Source of the DNA: a virus
Lineage: Duplodnaviria; Caudoviricetes
Length of the DNA: 50,456 nt
Reading direction: 5' to 3' (one strand)
IMG/VR virus record: IMGVR_UViG_3300027985_000306
Location: 1 to 50,456 of that record
Part shown: in pieces, positions 19,384 through 28,174 of the stretch
Layout: each line of letters begins with the position of its first letter
How positions within the stretch are numbered: the stretch's first letter is position 1
The notes under the pieces: model-generated
Databases searched by the model: none
Seen by the model: the letters and a program-made list of their open reading frames with translations, nothing else
What the model was told of the DNA's origin: nothing
Translations under genes and position numbers: made by a program

Positions 19384-20735
19384 ATCCTAATGTTGTCATC
19401 TTCTGTTTCTGACTCCAGTACTACTCTAACAGAGACTCCCTCCGAGAGATTATCCGTTCTGTAGGACATAACAGACGGATATATCCCGAATCTTGATGCA
19501 AACTCAGCACAAGATTCTTCGATTCCGAGTCTCAGATTCGTCAGAGCTTCTTGCATCTCAGAGACAGTAGGCGCTTCAACGGGAGGATCTGGCGGGAGTT
19601 CAACTTCAGTAAGGAGGAATCCTGTTGGGAGGACGGGTACTGGCTCTCCTGAGTCAGAATAGAACTTGTCTCCCAGGATACCACTAGGCAAAGGCTGATC
19701 GTTCCACACTCGATAGCCATATACTCCCTCGAATCCAGGCTTGTACCTAAACACGTTTCCTTCATGGAAGGGTCTGGTTGGGTTGTTGAGAACGAATCCA
19801 TACGTGTCCTTAGGTTCGTAGTCTCCTCTAGGATTAACATTGGTTTCGCATCCAAGAACGGATAGTCCCTCCATCGTCATGCTGTTCCAGGTGCCGTACA
19901 GACCGGCGGTTGACTTAGCGAGTATTCTTGAGAGGCGATTCATTCGCATAGGCTTCCGTCCGTTGAAGAACACGGCGTATCCTGAGATATGGTCGAAAAC
20001 CACACCGTCTAGGATAATACCTCCACCACCAGCAGAGTACACACCATGTTCACCATCGCCTTTGTATGCCAACTGTTTGCATAGAGTACGAAGGATGTAG
20101 CGCTCTTCGTAGAACTCATCCGTGTCCTCAATATCCGGCCCCTCAACCGAATCCCGAGGAGGGATTAGTCCTGTCATTCCGGCTTGCGCTACGGCCTCAT
20201 GGATGTCAAAGGCTAGCTCACCTGCGTTTAGGATGAGCCCGACAGGAACTCGGGCAATGATCTCCCAAACAGGGTCTTCTGGATATGGGTCAACTCCGCA
20301 GTATCGGAACGCGCCCCGCAAGAGAGTAATGTCTCCCTCAGAAGTAGCAAGCTCCTGCATCCCTCCCATGATCTGACTACTGATGGTGAAGTCTTCCCAG
20401 TAGAAACGACTATCAACCCAGAGCGAAGCCATTAATAGACCTGGCCCTATGAACCTCATATTAGGTCCGAGTTTGATCGTTCGATACTGACGAGTACCGG
20501 GCTGGAACTTGTCTGTCCAGTTGCGGATGCCTAGATCTACCACAGCTTCGTCATCCCAATGCACCTCGTATACTTTACCGTCTGGAGCGCCAGGATGATT
20601 AAAGCCGTAGACGCCTTGAGCTTCTCCATATATTCCCCTGTTGATATGGAGCGTGTCGATGTCCTGAGTGCCTAGCTTGTAGAACGCGTCCTTCAAGTTG
20701 AAAGGCCCGTCAGGATAGATTTCTAGTATAGCCAT
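19380..20735 (-). CDS. Hypothetical protein with possible right-handed beta-helix
   Basis: GEHGVY...GIILDGVVFDHISGYAVFF pattern resembles parallel beta-helix repeats. Confidence 0.45.
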   Translation of the reverse strand: MAILEIYPDGPFNLKDAFYKLGTQDIDTLHINRGIYGEAQGVYGFNHPGAPDGKVYEVHWDDEAVVDLGIRNWTDKFQPGTRQYRTIKLGPNMRFIGPGLLMASLWVDSRFYWEDFTISSQIMGGMQELATSEGDITLLRGAFRYCGVDPYPEDPVWEIIARVPVGLILNAGELAFDIHEAVAQAGMTGLIPPRDSVEGPDIEDTDEFYEERYILRTLCKQLAYKGDGEHGVYSAGGGGIILDGVVFDHISGYAVFFNGRKPMRMNRLSRILAKSTAGLYGTWNSMTMEGLSVLGCETNVNPRGDYEPKDTYGFVLNNPTRPFHEGNVFRYKPGFEGVYGYRVWNDQPLPSGILGDKFYSDSGEPVPVLPTGFLLTEVELPPDPPVEAPTVSEMQEALTNLRLGIEESCAEFASRFGIYPSVMSYRTDNLSEGVSVRVVLESETEDDNIRI

Positions 20736-20736
20736 G

Positions 20737-23211
20737 TCAGTCTCCTGTTGTGAGTTGGTGATATGCCGACTCTAGCATCTGTGCTACAGCTTGTCGTCGG
20801 CCATGAGTGATGGTATGTTTGAACTCCACGCCGTCTTTCAGATTCTTAGCATGTATGCTGAAGTCTACTGGAATCACGAAGCGTCTCCCTTTCCACTCCA
20901 GCGGAGTTTCTAAGCTAGACTTTATCAGGTCAAGCAGGAATGCTTGATCTAACCAGGGCACGCTTAGTGGAATCTGAAAGGCTATAGAGTCGTGGACTTG
21001 AGCGAGAAGTTCTACAGACTTCATCGCAGGGTCGTTATACACATAGGCTAATCCTCGTTCGTTGATGATGTCTGCGACAGTTGATTGAGGAATGAAGGCG
21101 TAGGCCTCTTTGAAGAGAGTATCACCCCACCTGTCAGTAAAGGTGTACTTTCTACCAAAGAGATTCGTGACCACCATACCTTGTCTAAGTTCCTCTTGGA
21201 CGGCTCGATGGTACTTAGCCACCCCAGGGTATGCTCGGTGGTACTGGTCATGAATCCACTTGGCGTCGCGTTCGCTAATTTCGAGGTGGAGCGCAAAGGA
21301 TTTGTAACCGAGTCCATAGTTCAATCCGTGGTTTGCACGTTTGCCCCAATAGCGATGAGTGAATCGTCCTCCACCAAGGTCGCTCTTCACGTCGTTGTTG
21401 TTCATGTCGATAATCTCCTCGACGGGGATACCGAAGATGAGACTAGCCGTCTTACTGTGGATGTCAACCCCGTTCTCGAAAGCATCAATCATCGACACGT
21501 CAGGACCAAGATAGGCAACGACTCTGTTCTCCGCTTGGCTTAGGTCCAGGTTATACGCAACATAACCTTCGTCTGGTAGCATGAACTTCTTCATTATCGG
21601 AGGCTGATTCTGAATATTAGCTCCAGTCCCGAAGATAGTTTTGCTACTAGACAGTCGACCCGTTCTCGCTCCAACAGGGTTGATGCTACTTCTAAGCCTT
21701 CCGTCGTCATCCAACTTCATGGAGAAGTAAGTACCCTCCAGTTTAGCAAGGGTTCGATGTTCAAGAACAAGCTGCGCTACCTTATCTCCCTTTCCCGATA
21801 GCCTCTTAAGCGCTTTCTCGTTCGTTGTTACCTTACCTTGATCTTTGTATGGAGGATACTTCTTCTTTGTGTAGAAGTAATCCTTCAACTGAGTTGGGCT
21901 TCTAGGATTCAATTCGTATCCGGCAGTGATGTTTATCTGCTTTTCCAATTCCGCTAGATGCAACTTTGCAGCAGAAGCCTGCTTCTTCAAGCCGTCAACA
22001 TCCATACGAATGCCCCGCTCAGTCATAAAGAGAAGCGGAGCAAGTAGCGAAGCCTGACGCTTGTAGGTCTTGTAGTTACCTTGTGTCTTTAACTCAGCTA
22101 CTTGTTTGGGGAAGGCTTCCATTAGAACAATGCTATCAAGTGCATTGTATCGCCAGAAGCGCATTTGCCAATCTGCACCTACTGACGTGAAGCCTTTGAT
22201 CTGGTCCTTAATTACGCTCTTACCCTCGTCCTTGTAATACGGGATGTCAGTATACAGACTGGTGATGAACGCAAGACCTTTTGAGAAGTCTGGATAGAGA
22301 ATAGCTTGCGCTATCATTGTATCCTGTACGTTGTTGGTTAGCACTGCATATTCACGCAATAGAAACGAAGTATCGAACATCGCATTTTGAGCGATCTTCT
22401 CTATCCTCTCATTGCCGAGTATATCTGCTATCCGTTTCCAAACCTCTCGCTCTTGTTCGATTGTGAAGTACTCCCTCCCGTCGTTAATGAAAGGGATAGA
22501 TATAACATCCTTGTCACTGTAAGCGAAGCTAATGCAAGTCACAAAACCTTTGCTAACTTCGATGTCGAAAGCTACACGTTGCGCGTTCCAGCAAGCGCTT
22601 AGGTAGTCAATACACTCCTCGAATGTTGGCTTCAGTATATACCTTCGATCATCGACAGGGAGATCGGGTGACATTGACTGTTGCTTGGCTCTACGAAGAT
22701 CAAATGCGATCAAGTGCCGCCAACTGTACTGGCGCAGCGCAGCCGCCGGATGTATGATCGGTATGACCTTTACTCCAGGCACAAGACTCGATTCCATCAC
22801 AGAACCACGCCACTTTGTTATTCCTTGCTCTCCGGTCAAGGCGTACAAAGCAGCATTGCCTACGGCGATGATTACATTAGGTCGCACTGTCTCTATCTCT
22901 GTCTTCAGCAAGTCGATGTATTGCCGAGCAGCTTTTGAGATCACGACTTTATTGCCTAGCCGTATAAAGACGTTAAGGTTGTTATTAGGTGGACGTTCTT
23001 TGATTACGTTGGTAATGTAGCAGACCTGTCGTAGGATCCCTGCTTTTACCAACAATCTGTCGAGTAGCTTCCCACTAACTCCGACAAAGGGCTGCTTCAT
23101 GCGAGCCTCAGTTTCGCCGGGTGCTTCACCGACGATCATGATCTCAGCATTTTCAGGGCCTATCGCTGGAACTATGTTGTGCGGAAGATTCTCCGTTGCT
23201 ATTGCGCTCAT
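20737..23211 (-). CDS. polA: Family A DNA polymerase with N-terminal uracil-DNA glycosylase-like domain and 3'-5' exonuclease
   Basis: UDG motifs GEAPG..E, PFVG.SG, HPAA. Exo motifs FDIE, QNAMFD, YNALD. Pol motifs TGRLSS, DLSQAENR, KRANHGLNYG, QVHDS. Confidence 0.95.
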   Translation of the reverse strand: MSAIATENLPHNIVPAIGPENAEIMIVGEAPGETEARMKQPFVGVSGKLLDRLLVKAGILRQVCYITNVIKERPPNNNLNVFIRLGNKVVISKAARQYIDLLKTEIETVRPNVIIAVGNAALYALTGEQGITKWRGSVMESSLVPGVKVIPIIHPAAALRQYSWRHLIAFDLRRAKQQSMSPDLPVDDRRYILKPTFEECIDYLSACWNAQRVAFDIEVSKGFVTCISFAYSDKDVISIPFINDGREYFTIEQEREVWKRIADILGNERIEKIAQNAMFDTSFLLREYAVLTNNVQDTMIAQAILYPDFSKGLAFITSLYTDIPYYKDEGKSVIKDQIKGFTSVGADWQMRFWRYNALDSIVLMEAFPKQVAELKTQGNYKTYKRQASLLAPLLFMTERGIRMDVDGLKKQASAAKLHLAELEKQINITAGYELNPRSPTQLKDYFYTKKKYPPYKDQGKVTTNEKALKRLSGKGDKVAQLVLEHRTLAKLEGTYFSMKLDDDGRLRSSINPVGARTGRLSSSKTIFGTGANIQNQPPIMKKFMLPDEGYVAYNLDLSQAENRVVAYLGPDVSMIDAFENGVDIHSKTASLIFGIPVEEIIDMNNNDVKSDLGGGRFTHRYWGKRANHGLNYGLGYKSFALHLEISERDAKWIHDQYHRAYPGVAKYHRAVQEELRQGMVVTNLFGRKYTFTDRWGDTLFKEAYAFIPQSTVADIINERGLAYVYNDPAMKSVELLAQVHDSIAFQIPLSVPWLDQAFLLDLIKSSLETPLEWKGRRFVIPVDFSIHAKNLKDGVEFKHTITHGRRQAVAQMLESAYHQLTTGD

Positions 23212-23350
23212 TTTGTTTGCGGCTAAAGTTGAAGATTCGCTCCAGCATCTCGTGATACTCTTCTACTGGCATCTGAGATAGAGCATCTAGTTCCATGTTG
23301 GCTGACTCTGGTGAGAAGAGCCCCTCCAACCACTCTAAGAATCGTTTCAT
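23153..23350 (-). CDS. Hypothetical protein
   Basis: MKRFLEWLEG...; ATG at 23350 forms an ATGA overlap with the upstream small ORF. Confidence 0.5.
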   Translation of the reverse strand: MKRFLEWLEGLFSPESANMELDALSQMPVEEYHEMLERIFNFSRKQNERNSNGESSAQHSSSDRP

Positions 23351-23490
23351 GTTATCGTGTATATGGCTATGTAGAGCGCGCCTATGAAGCACGCTGCTAC
23401 AAAGAGTATCATCAGGATCAGAATGAGACAGTTACCTCTTGAGAAGAGGTTGTCGTCGTCAGGGAAGTACTTAGTCGTCGGTTCTTTCAT
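23347..23490 (-). CDS. Small membrane protein (47 aa, not in ORF track)
   Basis: MKEPTTKYFPDDDNLFSRGNCLILILMILFVAACFIGALYIAIYTIT*; one TM helix; overlaps both neighbours. Confidence 0.6.
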   Translation of the reverse strand: MKEPTTKYFPDDDNLFSRGNCLILILMILFVAACFIGALYIAIYTIT

Positions 23491-23758
23491 CGTCGTATAC
23501 CTCCGTGTGGCTTACAAAAGTGGTCGCCACTAACTCCATTTCCGTAGAATCTGGAGTCAGTACGATAGGTTCGTCGAGATCGAAGTCTCGTTGTCCTGGC
23601 CCGGTTGTGACTCGAATGCCGTTTATATGAACGTGGTCTTCTGCTACCTGATAATACCGAGCCTTAACGATGACTCGAACATCCCAGATCACGCCATAAG
23701 GTGCAGGCTTTCCGTCTATCAAAGGCAGGATGTCGATGGTCGGATCACTTTGTTCCAT
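23471..23758 (-). CDS. Hypothetical protein
   Basis: 95 aa ORF in operon context. Confidence 0.55.
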   Translation of the reverse strand: MEQSDPTIDILPLIDGKPAPYGVIWDVRVIVKARYYQVAEDHVHINGIRVTTGPGQRDFDLDEPIVLTPDSTEMELVATTFVSHTEVYDDERTDD

Positions 23759-23770
23759 TATCTTACATAG

Positions 23771-25156
23771 TTAATATGACTTCCACGAACCATAAGATTC
23801 GCTAGTCACGCGGTGAATAAAGGCGTTGCGATACTTCTCTTCGAGATCCCACCCGAAAGCAGGAAGACCCAACTTGGCTGCCGCCAGCATTGTGTTACCA
23901 CTACCAGCGAACGGAACCATGACTGTCGAAGACTCTCTCGCAAACGTGTTGATGATGTCCTGCATCATCTCAATAGGCCGTTCGGTCGGATGTATCTTCT
24001 TCGTGCTGTGCACTGGAGAATAATCAAAGACATTGATCCGTCCTTGCTTATTCATTCCAGGAGAACCTTTGCGAGCATAGAAGAAGAACTCTGCCGCATT
24101 GCCGAGATACTTATCCGGATGATGAGTCTGACCTGTTCTCTTAGTCCACACTCCTGGAATACGTTTCATCTCAAAGCCTGCTTCGACGATCCAGTCTGCT
24201 AGAGGCTGGAACCAGGGCTCAGGCCCGAACCAGCATACTAGCCATGAGTGCGAAGACATCACGCGATAGCATTCCGCTAAGGTTTTTCGCATGAAGTCTT
24301 CATAGAATGTAGGTTTGATCTCATTATACTTCGACGTATCCGCTTTCTTCTTCTGGCCATGCAGATCAATCGCGTAAGGAGGATCAAGTTCGACGAAGTT
24401 GACAATCCCGTCAGTCACCTTTCCAACACCATCGAAGAAGTTACCTAGCTGGTACGAAGCTATGAGCGCATCGCCCTTCTTCAGCTTAGGTTGGACATCA
24501 CTCTTCATCTTCTGGCGGCGAGCAACTTCCTTCAACGCCTCACGCTTGATTTCCTCTTCTCGCAATCTAGCCGCATCGGCCTTGGTCTTTACCTTTGAAA
24601 GCAGATCAGGATTCTCTTGTAGGAATTGATGCAGCTGCACATCTCGGCTCAGTGTCGCAGCGCTGACTCCAAGCTGATCTGCTACATCACGCAAGGAAAC
24701 TCCCGACGCGTCTGGAGCCGTGCTGATCTTCTCTCCATACTGCTCTTGCATCAGCCGAAGGATCTCTGCTCGTGCAGCTAACTCTTCTGGCGGAGACAGC
24801 CTCTTTCTGTTCAAGTTCTCATGAAGCTCCAGCGTTCGGATCTCCATAGCGGTGAGCGTATGCTCAAAGATCAGCGCGGGTATTTGCTTCAGCTGAATAG
24901 ACAGCGCAGCCATTGTTCGCCGTCCACCAGCTATAAGCAAATACGGCTGCCTAGGATCTTTAGGCTCCATCGACTTCAGTTCAGCTTCGTCAAGAGCTGA
25001 CTTCAGAACTATAGCAATGGGAGAGATCATCCCATTCACTTTCATATCATCAGCCAGCTCTTCGATGCCTACATAGTCTCCCCGCATTCGCTTGCCTAGA
25101 TCAATCTTCAGCGGGTCTATGAAGTCCATCTTTTTATTAAGGACAGTTTCTCTCAT
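23771..25156 (-). CDS. ParB/Srx N-terminal domain fused to beta-class N6A/N4C DNA methyltransferase
   Basis: G.ISPIAI...LIAGGRR...ENLNR ParB motifs and an HTH, then DPPY (motif IV), HPTERP and PFAGSG (motif I). Confidence 0.9.
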   Translation of the reverse strand: MRETVLNKKMDFIDPLKIDLGKRMRGDYVGIEELADDMKVNGMISPIAIVLKSALDEAELKSMEPKDPRQPYLLIAGGRRTMAALSIQLKQIPALIFEHTLTAMEIRTLELHENLNRKRLSPPEELAARAEILRLMQEQYGEKISTAPDASGVSLRDVADQLGVSAATLSRDVQLHQFLQENPDLLSKVKTKADAARLREEEIKREALKEVARRQKMKSDVQPKLKKGDALIASYQLGNFFDGVGKVTDGIVNFVELDPPYAIDLHGQKKKADTSKYNEIKPTFYEDFMRKTLAECYRVMSSHSWLVCWFGPEPWFQPLADWIVEAGFEMKRIPGVWTKRTGQTHHPDKYLGNAAEFFFYARKGSPGMNKQGRINVFDYSPVHSTKKIHPTERPIEMMQDIINTFARESSTVMVPFAGSGNTMLAAAKLGLPAFGWDLEEKYRNAFIHRVTSESYGSWKSY

Positions 25157-25656
25157 TTACTCTCTCCAAGTTGTCTAAGAAGTTCCAGGCGTACTTCCGG
25201 GGGAAGAGCCTTCAGTTGTTCCAGTGTATCAGCTGCATGACTCTTCTTCGGCTTAGCTGAGACAGCTCTCTTCTTAACTGTCTCAGCTGTATCGCGTCTT
25301 AGCTGACGCTTTCCTCGAATAATCTCATCGAGTTCTTCGTCAGTTAGATCTCTAAGAGTCTTGCGAATATCGTCAATGTGAGCCATATCCATTCTCCTTG
25401 TAGCGGCGAACGACAGGATGCTTCCAGACGTCCGGTATCCCGGCTGTCGGCTTTCGTATCCTATTGCTACAGAGTTCGCCTTGGTGTTGGGGAAATGAGT
25501 TGCCAACTGTCGCACTGTCGTAGTCCGTCCTAGGTACTCCTTGGTACCAGCGAACTGCACGATAATGGGCTCGTCAGCATACTCACCTAATTGTTCGAGG
25601 CAGTCAGCCAAGGTTGACTGTGGGCCTAGCGTAGTGCTAATCTGAGTCGTCAGCAT
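25153..25656 (-). CDS. Hypothetical protein
   Basis: 167 aa ORF overlapping both neighbours. Confidence 0.55.
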   Translation of the reverse strand: MLTTQISTTLGPQSTLADCLEQLGEYADEPIIVQFAGTKEYLGRTTTVRQLATHFPNTKANSVAIGYESRQPGYRTSGSILSFAATRRMDMAHIDDIRKTLRDLTDEELDEIIRGKRQLRRDTAETVKKRAVSAKPKKSHAADTLEQLKALPPEVRLELLRQLGESK

Positions 25657-25891
25657 CTCCTGTATCCAAAGCCATTAGATCCAACAAACCTACTCTACGA
25701 GAGAGTAGCGCTCCGAGGAATAGATCAGCTTGTGGGTGCAAGAGTACACGGATCAGATCATCAACGATTACAGAGAACACGGCCTTTTGCAGGCCATGAA
25801 CTTGACCGAGCGTAGCGTCCAGCGCGGCCTTTTGTTCCTCTGTTAGTTCTACGCTAAGCCGTGGTGCATACTTGCGTTTGCTCGTAGACAT
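25637..25891 (-). CDS. Hypothetical protein (possible ribbon-helix-helix DNA binder)
   Basis: PRLSVELTEEQKAALD N-terminus resembles RHH proteins. Confidence 0.45.
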   Translation of the reverse strand: MSTSKRKYAPRLSVELTEEQKAALDATLGQVHGLQKAVFSVIVDDLIRVLLHPQADLFLGALLSRRVGLLDLMALDTGDADDSD

Positions 25892-25911
25892 AGCTGTTTC
25901 TGGTTAAAGCC

Positions 25912-25949
25912 AAAAAAGGGGTGAGGACATTGACTGCCCCCACCCCTTT
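25912..25949 (-). terminator. Rho-independent terminator after the SSB gene
   Basis: Minus strand AAAGGGGTGGGGGCA...TGTCCTCACCCC followed by TTTTTT. Confidence 0.8.
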
Positions 25950-25976
25950 AGGTGGCTAGGCTATGCGGGATGTAGC

Positions 25977-26432
25977 CTAGGCTCCGGTGATGAAGTAGCG
26001 GATGCGGTTCTGCTCGCCGTACTCGGGATCATCGTCCTTACGGAGAACAGCCACGCATTCGGCTCCGACCATCTCGGCCAAGTCAAGCTGGCCGTTGTTC
26101 GGCAGACCGAGAGCCTCCAACGTCTTGTTGAGGTTGACTCGGTTGCGGTTCAACTGGCGCTGATCGTTGAACGACGGGTCAGGAATCCAGTTGAAGTGAG
26201 TGACCGCCTTGGCAGTCGGGTAGTCTGCGATCTCGAACGTCGTGAGAAGATACCGCTGGCTGTCAGGGCTTTTCTGGTTAAGCCGCGCTCCGATGCAGAC
26301 GAGGTTGTACTCGCCTGGTTCTACTGCGTGTTCTTCGACGGCATCGTCGAGTTCCATGACCGTGAGGTCGAGGACGGTGGAGCCTTCGACGGGTTCTGCG
26401 TGCTCCATTGCTTCTGCGAGTGTAGTGCTCAT
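25977..26432 (-). CDS. Single-stranded DNA-binding protein (DUF669-like)
   Basis: PGEY....I, DL.EMVG..C...L, YGEQNRI; downstream of a Sak4-like ATPase. Confidence 0.7.
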   Translation of the reverse strand: MSTTLAEAMEHAEPVEGSTVLDLTVMELDDAVEEHAVEPGEYNLVCIGARLNQKSPDSQRYLLTTFEIADYPTAKAVTHFNWIPDPSFNDQRQLNRNRVNLNKTLEALGLPNNGQLDLAEMVGAECVAVLRKDDDPEYGEQNRIRYFITGA

Positions 26433-26486
26433 TGCTTTGTGTTGTGGTTATGTTTCTGCGCAAAGGCGCGCATTGTAGCGAAGGGA

Positions 26487-26591
26487 GGCCCCGACCCTCT
26501 GTGCTTGTCCTATACCGACTACGCCAGTGTAATCCAGAAGCAACCCTTAGGGACTGGATGGTAGAACGTAGACGGCCAAGCTACCTTCGCT
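26487..26591 (-). ncRNA. Candidate structured RNA of unknown family
   Basis: Intergenic with nested stems AGCGAAGG/CCTTCGCT, GGCC/GGCC, CTACG/CGTAG, ATCCAG/CTGGAT. Confidence 0.45.
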
Positions 26592-26597
26592 TCTTGG

Positions 26598-26972
26598 TTA
26601 GGTGGAAAAGGACGGACAAAAATCGGCTCGATGTACAGACGGCCAGGGCTTCGCAGGCTGAGGTAGAGCGCCGTGACACTCTCCCCAATCTTCGTGCTCT
26701 ATATACTCCTTGCTGATATGATCGTAGGCCAACTCAGTGTGCTTAAACCAGCAGCAGTTTGCACAACGGCCAGGAACAGTTGCAGCTTTCTTTTCTTTGC
26801 TCACGAAATAGAACCTCCACCAGTCGTAGAAGATTTCACGTTCTCCAGGTAGCGGCTTGTAGCTTGGAATCCCGTAGGGATCGCCACTGAGAGACGTAAA
26901 CCATCTGATGATCGGGGCTGTGTCACTACGATACTCTCGTCGTCGATGTTCAAACAGGATCATCCACCTCAT
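26598..26972 (-). CDS. Hypothetical protein with Cys-rich (possible Zn-binding) C-terminus
   Basis: CANC...GEC...DFC pattern. Confidence 0.55.
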   Translation of the reverse strand: MRWMILFEHRRREYRSDTAPIIRWFTSLSGDPYGIPSYKPLPGEREIFYDWWRFYFVSKEKKAATVPGRCANCCWFKHTELAYDHISKEYIEHEDWGECHGALPQPAKPWPSVHRADFCPSFST

Positions 26973-27816
26973 CCTGCTTATCCTCCCAGGACATGCCTGC
27001 TTTCTTGAGAATTAAGCTAAGATTCTGAGGTTCTCGCTCTTGAAGAACATCAGCCCTTCGCAGACGGGATCTGGCAATGTAGATCCCAGAAGGAGTAAGA
27101 CGATACTCGTACTTTCGTGTAGTACCGGCAGGCTTACCTTCTGCGAAATACACTTCGTCGAACAAGCTAGGCATCTGCTGAGCGAACTTCCGTCCGTCCA
27201 TAGCTACCATAGCGAACGTGCGGCCAGTCTTCTCGTCCTTGTCGATCACCATGTGCGCTATAACAACGGTGTGACAAGGGAGCGTAGCGATGTCGCTGAT
27301 ATGTTGAGCGAGGACTTTCTGGTGAACGAGGTAATCTGACATCTCCGGGATGATGTCGGGGTCTTTGCCTAGATCCGCGCTGAGCTTGGGCGGCTTGCGC
27401 TTACGAGCCTTGAGGATCTCATGCATCAGAGCCGACGTGAACCGAGTCCAACTGTCGATCACGTACGTACCGACGTGTTCAAACATGTTGATCTGCTTGA
27501 GCCGATAGAACTCGCGTTCCCATGCACGATAAGCCTTAGGCTCAGTCGCACTGTCCTCCTCGAAGCGGTTGTCAACAATGACTCTTCCGCTGTCGATTTG
27601 GCTTTGCTCAATGCAGTTAGATCCGCCAGGATCAAAGCTATGGATCAAGACTGGACCAGGGGCGAACTGCATCCCGTACGTCTTACCGCTTCCGTAGTCT
27701 CCGATTACGAGAAAGTTTGCGTACTTCCTGGTCTTCGTGTACATCTGACGTATCTTCTGGAACTCCGTCTGTACGTCCAACCTTATCTGCTTCCGAACTT
27801 GCTCTTTCGTCTGCAT
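26950..27816 (-). CDS. AAA_24 / Sak4-like ssDNA-annealing ATPase
   Basis: Walker A GDYGSGKT, VIDSWT, VVIAH, FDEV, ARSR; sits between nuclease and SSB. Confidence 0.8.
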   Translation of the reverse strand: MQTKEQVRKQIRLDVQTEFQKIRQMYTKTRKYANFLVIGDYGSGKTYGMQFAPGPVLIHSFDPGGSNCIEQSQIDSGRVIVDNRFEEDSATEPKAYRAWEREFYRLKQINMFEHVGTYVIDSWTRFTSALMHEILKARKRKPPKLSADLGKDPDIIPEMSDYLVHQKVLAQHISDIATLPCHTVVIAHMVIDKDEKTGRTFAMVAMDGRKFAQQMPSLFDEVYFAEGKPAGTTRKYEYRLTPSGIYIARSRLRRADVLQEREPQNLSLILKKAGMSWEDKQDEVDDPV

Positions 27817-28165
27817 CTTCTGTCTCCGTTGGGTCTTGGGTGGTCACTTTGTAGACCGGGCGGCGGCCAAATCCAAAGTCAATCCAGTGCAATTCGTCGC
27901 TACCCTCAAAGGTGCGAATAGTAGCTTTGAGTTGCTCCGGGTTCTTGGGACTCTCAATCCTCCGCCAGGTGTCCGTCGAGTACTTCTTGAACCAGTAGGT
28001 TGTCATGGGTTTGTAGATTTCGCGGTGAAGGAGTTTAGGATTCCAGTCCGTAAAGAGGGCTATCTCTTGAACAGTTATGTACTCTGACCGCTCAGGGAAC
28101 AAGTCTTGAGCCCGCCCGATGTCAGAGCTATTACTGTTCGTGAACGGTCTGCGTAATCGCGTCAT
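27683..28165 (-). CDS. Hypothetical protein
   Basis: 160 aa ORF filling the gap, with a 3' overlap into the Sak4-like gene. Confidence 0.45.
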   Translation of the reverse strand: MTRLRRPFTNSNSSDIGRAQDLFPERSEYITVQEIALFTDWNPKLLHREIYKPMTTYWFKKYSTDTWRRIESPKNPEQLKATIRTFEGSDELHWIDFGFGRRPVYKVTTQDPTETEDADERASSEADKVGRTDGVPEDTSDVHEDQEVRKLSRNRRLRKR

Positions 28166-28174
28166 GACGCTCTC

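Noticed and set aside
23771-25156. ParB as a plasmid-prophage partition system or sign of temperate lifestyle
   Set aside because: The ParB domain is fused to a methyltransferase; no ParA, integrase or CI-like repressor was recognised.
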